This document shows positions 63,101 to 64,000 of a DNA stretch of 64,000 bases, one piece after another. Under the pieces are notes generated by a model. It was not told where the DNA came from and made no database searches. It was given only the letters and a program-made list of their open reading frames with translations. The position numbers and the translations under genes are program-made. Position 1 is the first letter of the stretch; every line of letters starts with the position of its first letter. Origin of the DNA: Camelus ferus (taxonomy: Eukaryota); assembly GCF_009834535.1 (NCBI RefSeq), contig NC_045698.1:4962001-5026000 (forward strand), written 5' to 3'.

Positions 63101-63556
63101 TGTTACCGAAGGCAAGTTCATGTGCCTGTGGCACCGAGAGGCCAAACAAACTGAAAGGTCAGAATTCGGAGCAGAGAGAGGTTTACTGCAGGGCTGAGCA
63201 AGGAGGACAGGGTGGCTCATGCCCCCCAAAACCCAAACTCCTCAAAGCGTTTCAGCAAAGCATATTTAATGGCTAGGTAAGGGAGGGGTTGGCAGGGTAC
63301 GTGGTCAGCTCATGCACAATTCTCCGATTTGTTGATGTTGAGGGAACAGGGTGGTCAACACTATCAACCCCCGGGCACCAGAAGGTCTGGGGGCCACATG
63401 CTCTCCATCATCAAGTAGTTAATTTCTTCCCTTTGGTGGTGGTTTTTAGCATCTGAAAAACTCAGGAAAAATACATGAGATTCTATTATTAGGGAAGAGC
63501 TGCAGCAGAGGATGTGGGGAGGGGTCTGACCCTGGAGTCCTGCGCCGTCTGATACA
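63101..63556 (-). mobile_element. ERV1-type solo LTR
   Basis: The reverse complement aligns along its length with 23968-24439 (cttgctcagccctgcagtaaac, gctttgctgaaac, ggtaaCA end). Confidence 0.85.
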
Positions 63557-63683
63557 TTTGCAACGGGAAATCGCTCCTGGCAGAGCTGAGTCTGTGTGTA
63601 GCAACTTGACTCTTTTGGCGAGTTGTTTGCTGTTCTTCCTGACCTGCCTGCAAACACCTTCAAGAAGTGGCATGTTTTCTTTC

Positions 63684-63821
63684 CTTTTTTTTTATATATA
63701 TTATTGAAGTATAGTCGGTTTACAATGTTGTATTAATTTCTGTACAGCAAAGTGATTCAGTTATACATTTATATATAATATATTCCTTTTCAGATTCCTT
63801 TTCACTGTAGGTTATTACAGG
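63684..63821 (-). mobile_element. Cetartiodactyl L1 3' end
   Basis: tattgaagtatagtcggtttacaatgttgtattaatttctgtacagcaaagtgattcag...ggttattacagga. Confidence 0.85.
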
Positions 63822-64000
63822 ATGTTGGGGGACACTTGGCAGGGCTCATGACGTGGGTTGGCAAGGAGAATTTACCAGAAAGGGAAAAGTTGAAGAACAA
63901 AGTTTAGCAGACCCGCTGCTACAGGCAACAGTGGCCACACAGACAAGAGGAGCCCACGTGTCCAGCGAGTGTGAACGCACAGGGTCCTTTATTGGGGAAG
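63822..64000 (-). mobile_element. ERV LTR (partial, runs off the window) inserted in the L1
   Basis: Abrupt switch at tgttggggg, then antisense U5/R-like sequence with tttattg near the window end. Confidence 0.55.

Noticed and set aside
23968..63556. Related ERV1 LTRs as the two ends of a provirus
   Set aside because: They are in opposite orientations, 39 kb apart, clearly diverged, with no gag/pol/env between them. They are independent solo LTRs.

Overview
This is mammalian, repeat-rich, mostly non-coding DNA. It is most likely camelid (alpaca, llama or camel), judged from tRNA-derived vic-1-type SINEs and young cetartiodactyl L1 3' ends. Roughly half of the window is recognisable transposon debris: L1, L2, MIR, ERV1/ERVL/MaLR LTRs and hAT MITEs. 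I can identify no complete or named protein-coding gene, and the ORF track is essentially chance ORFs and L1 remnants. The unique sequence contains a few weakly supported candidate exons (164-247, 10458-10851, minus-strand 17449-17728), a small CpG island at about 41.8-42.2 kb with Forkhead/RFX-like motifs, and a candidate stress-responsive promoter and first exon at about 58.5-58.7 kb. The best-supported oddities are structural: a ~330-bp L1 5'UTR-3'UTR fusion element with a perfect 14-bp TSD, a 26-bp locally templated insertion inside a MER20, a non-repeat insert bounded by a 14-bp direct repeat between inverted L1 halves, and several twin-priming L1 inversions. Repeat family names come from recalled consensus similarity, not a database run, and repeat boundaries are approximate.
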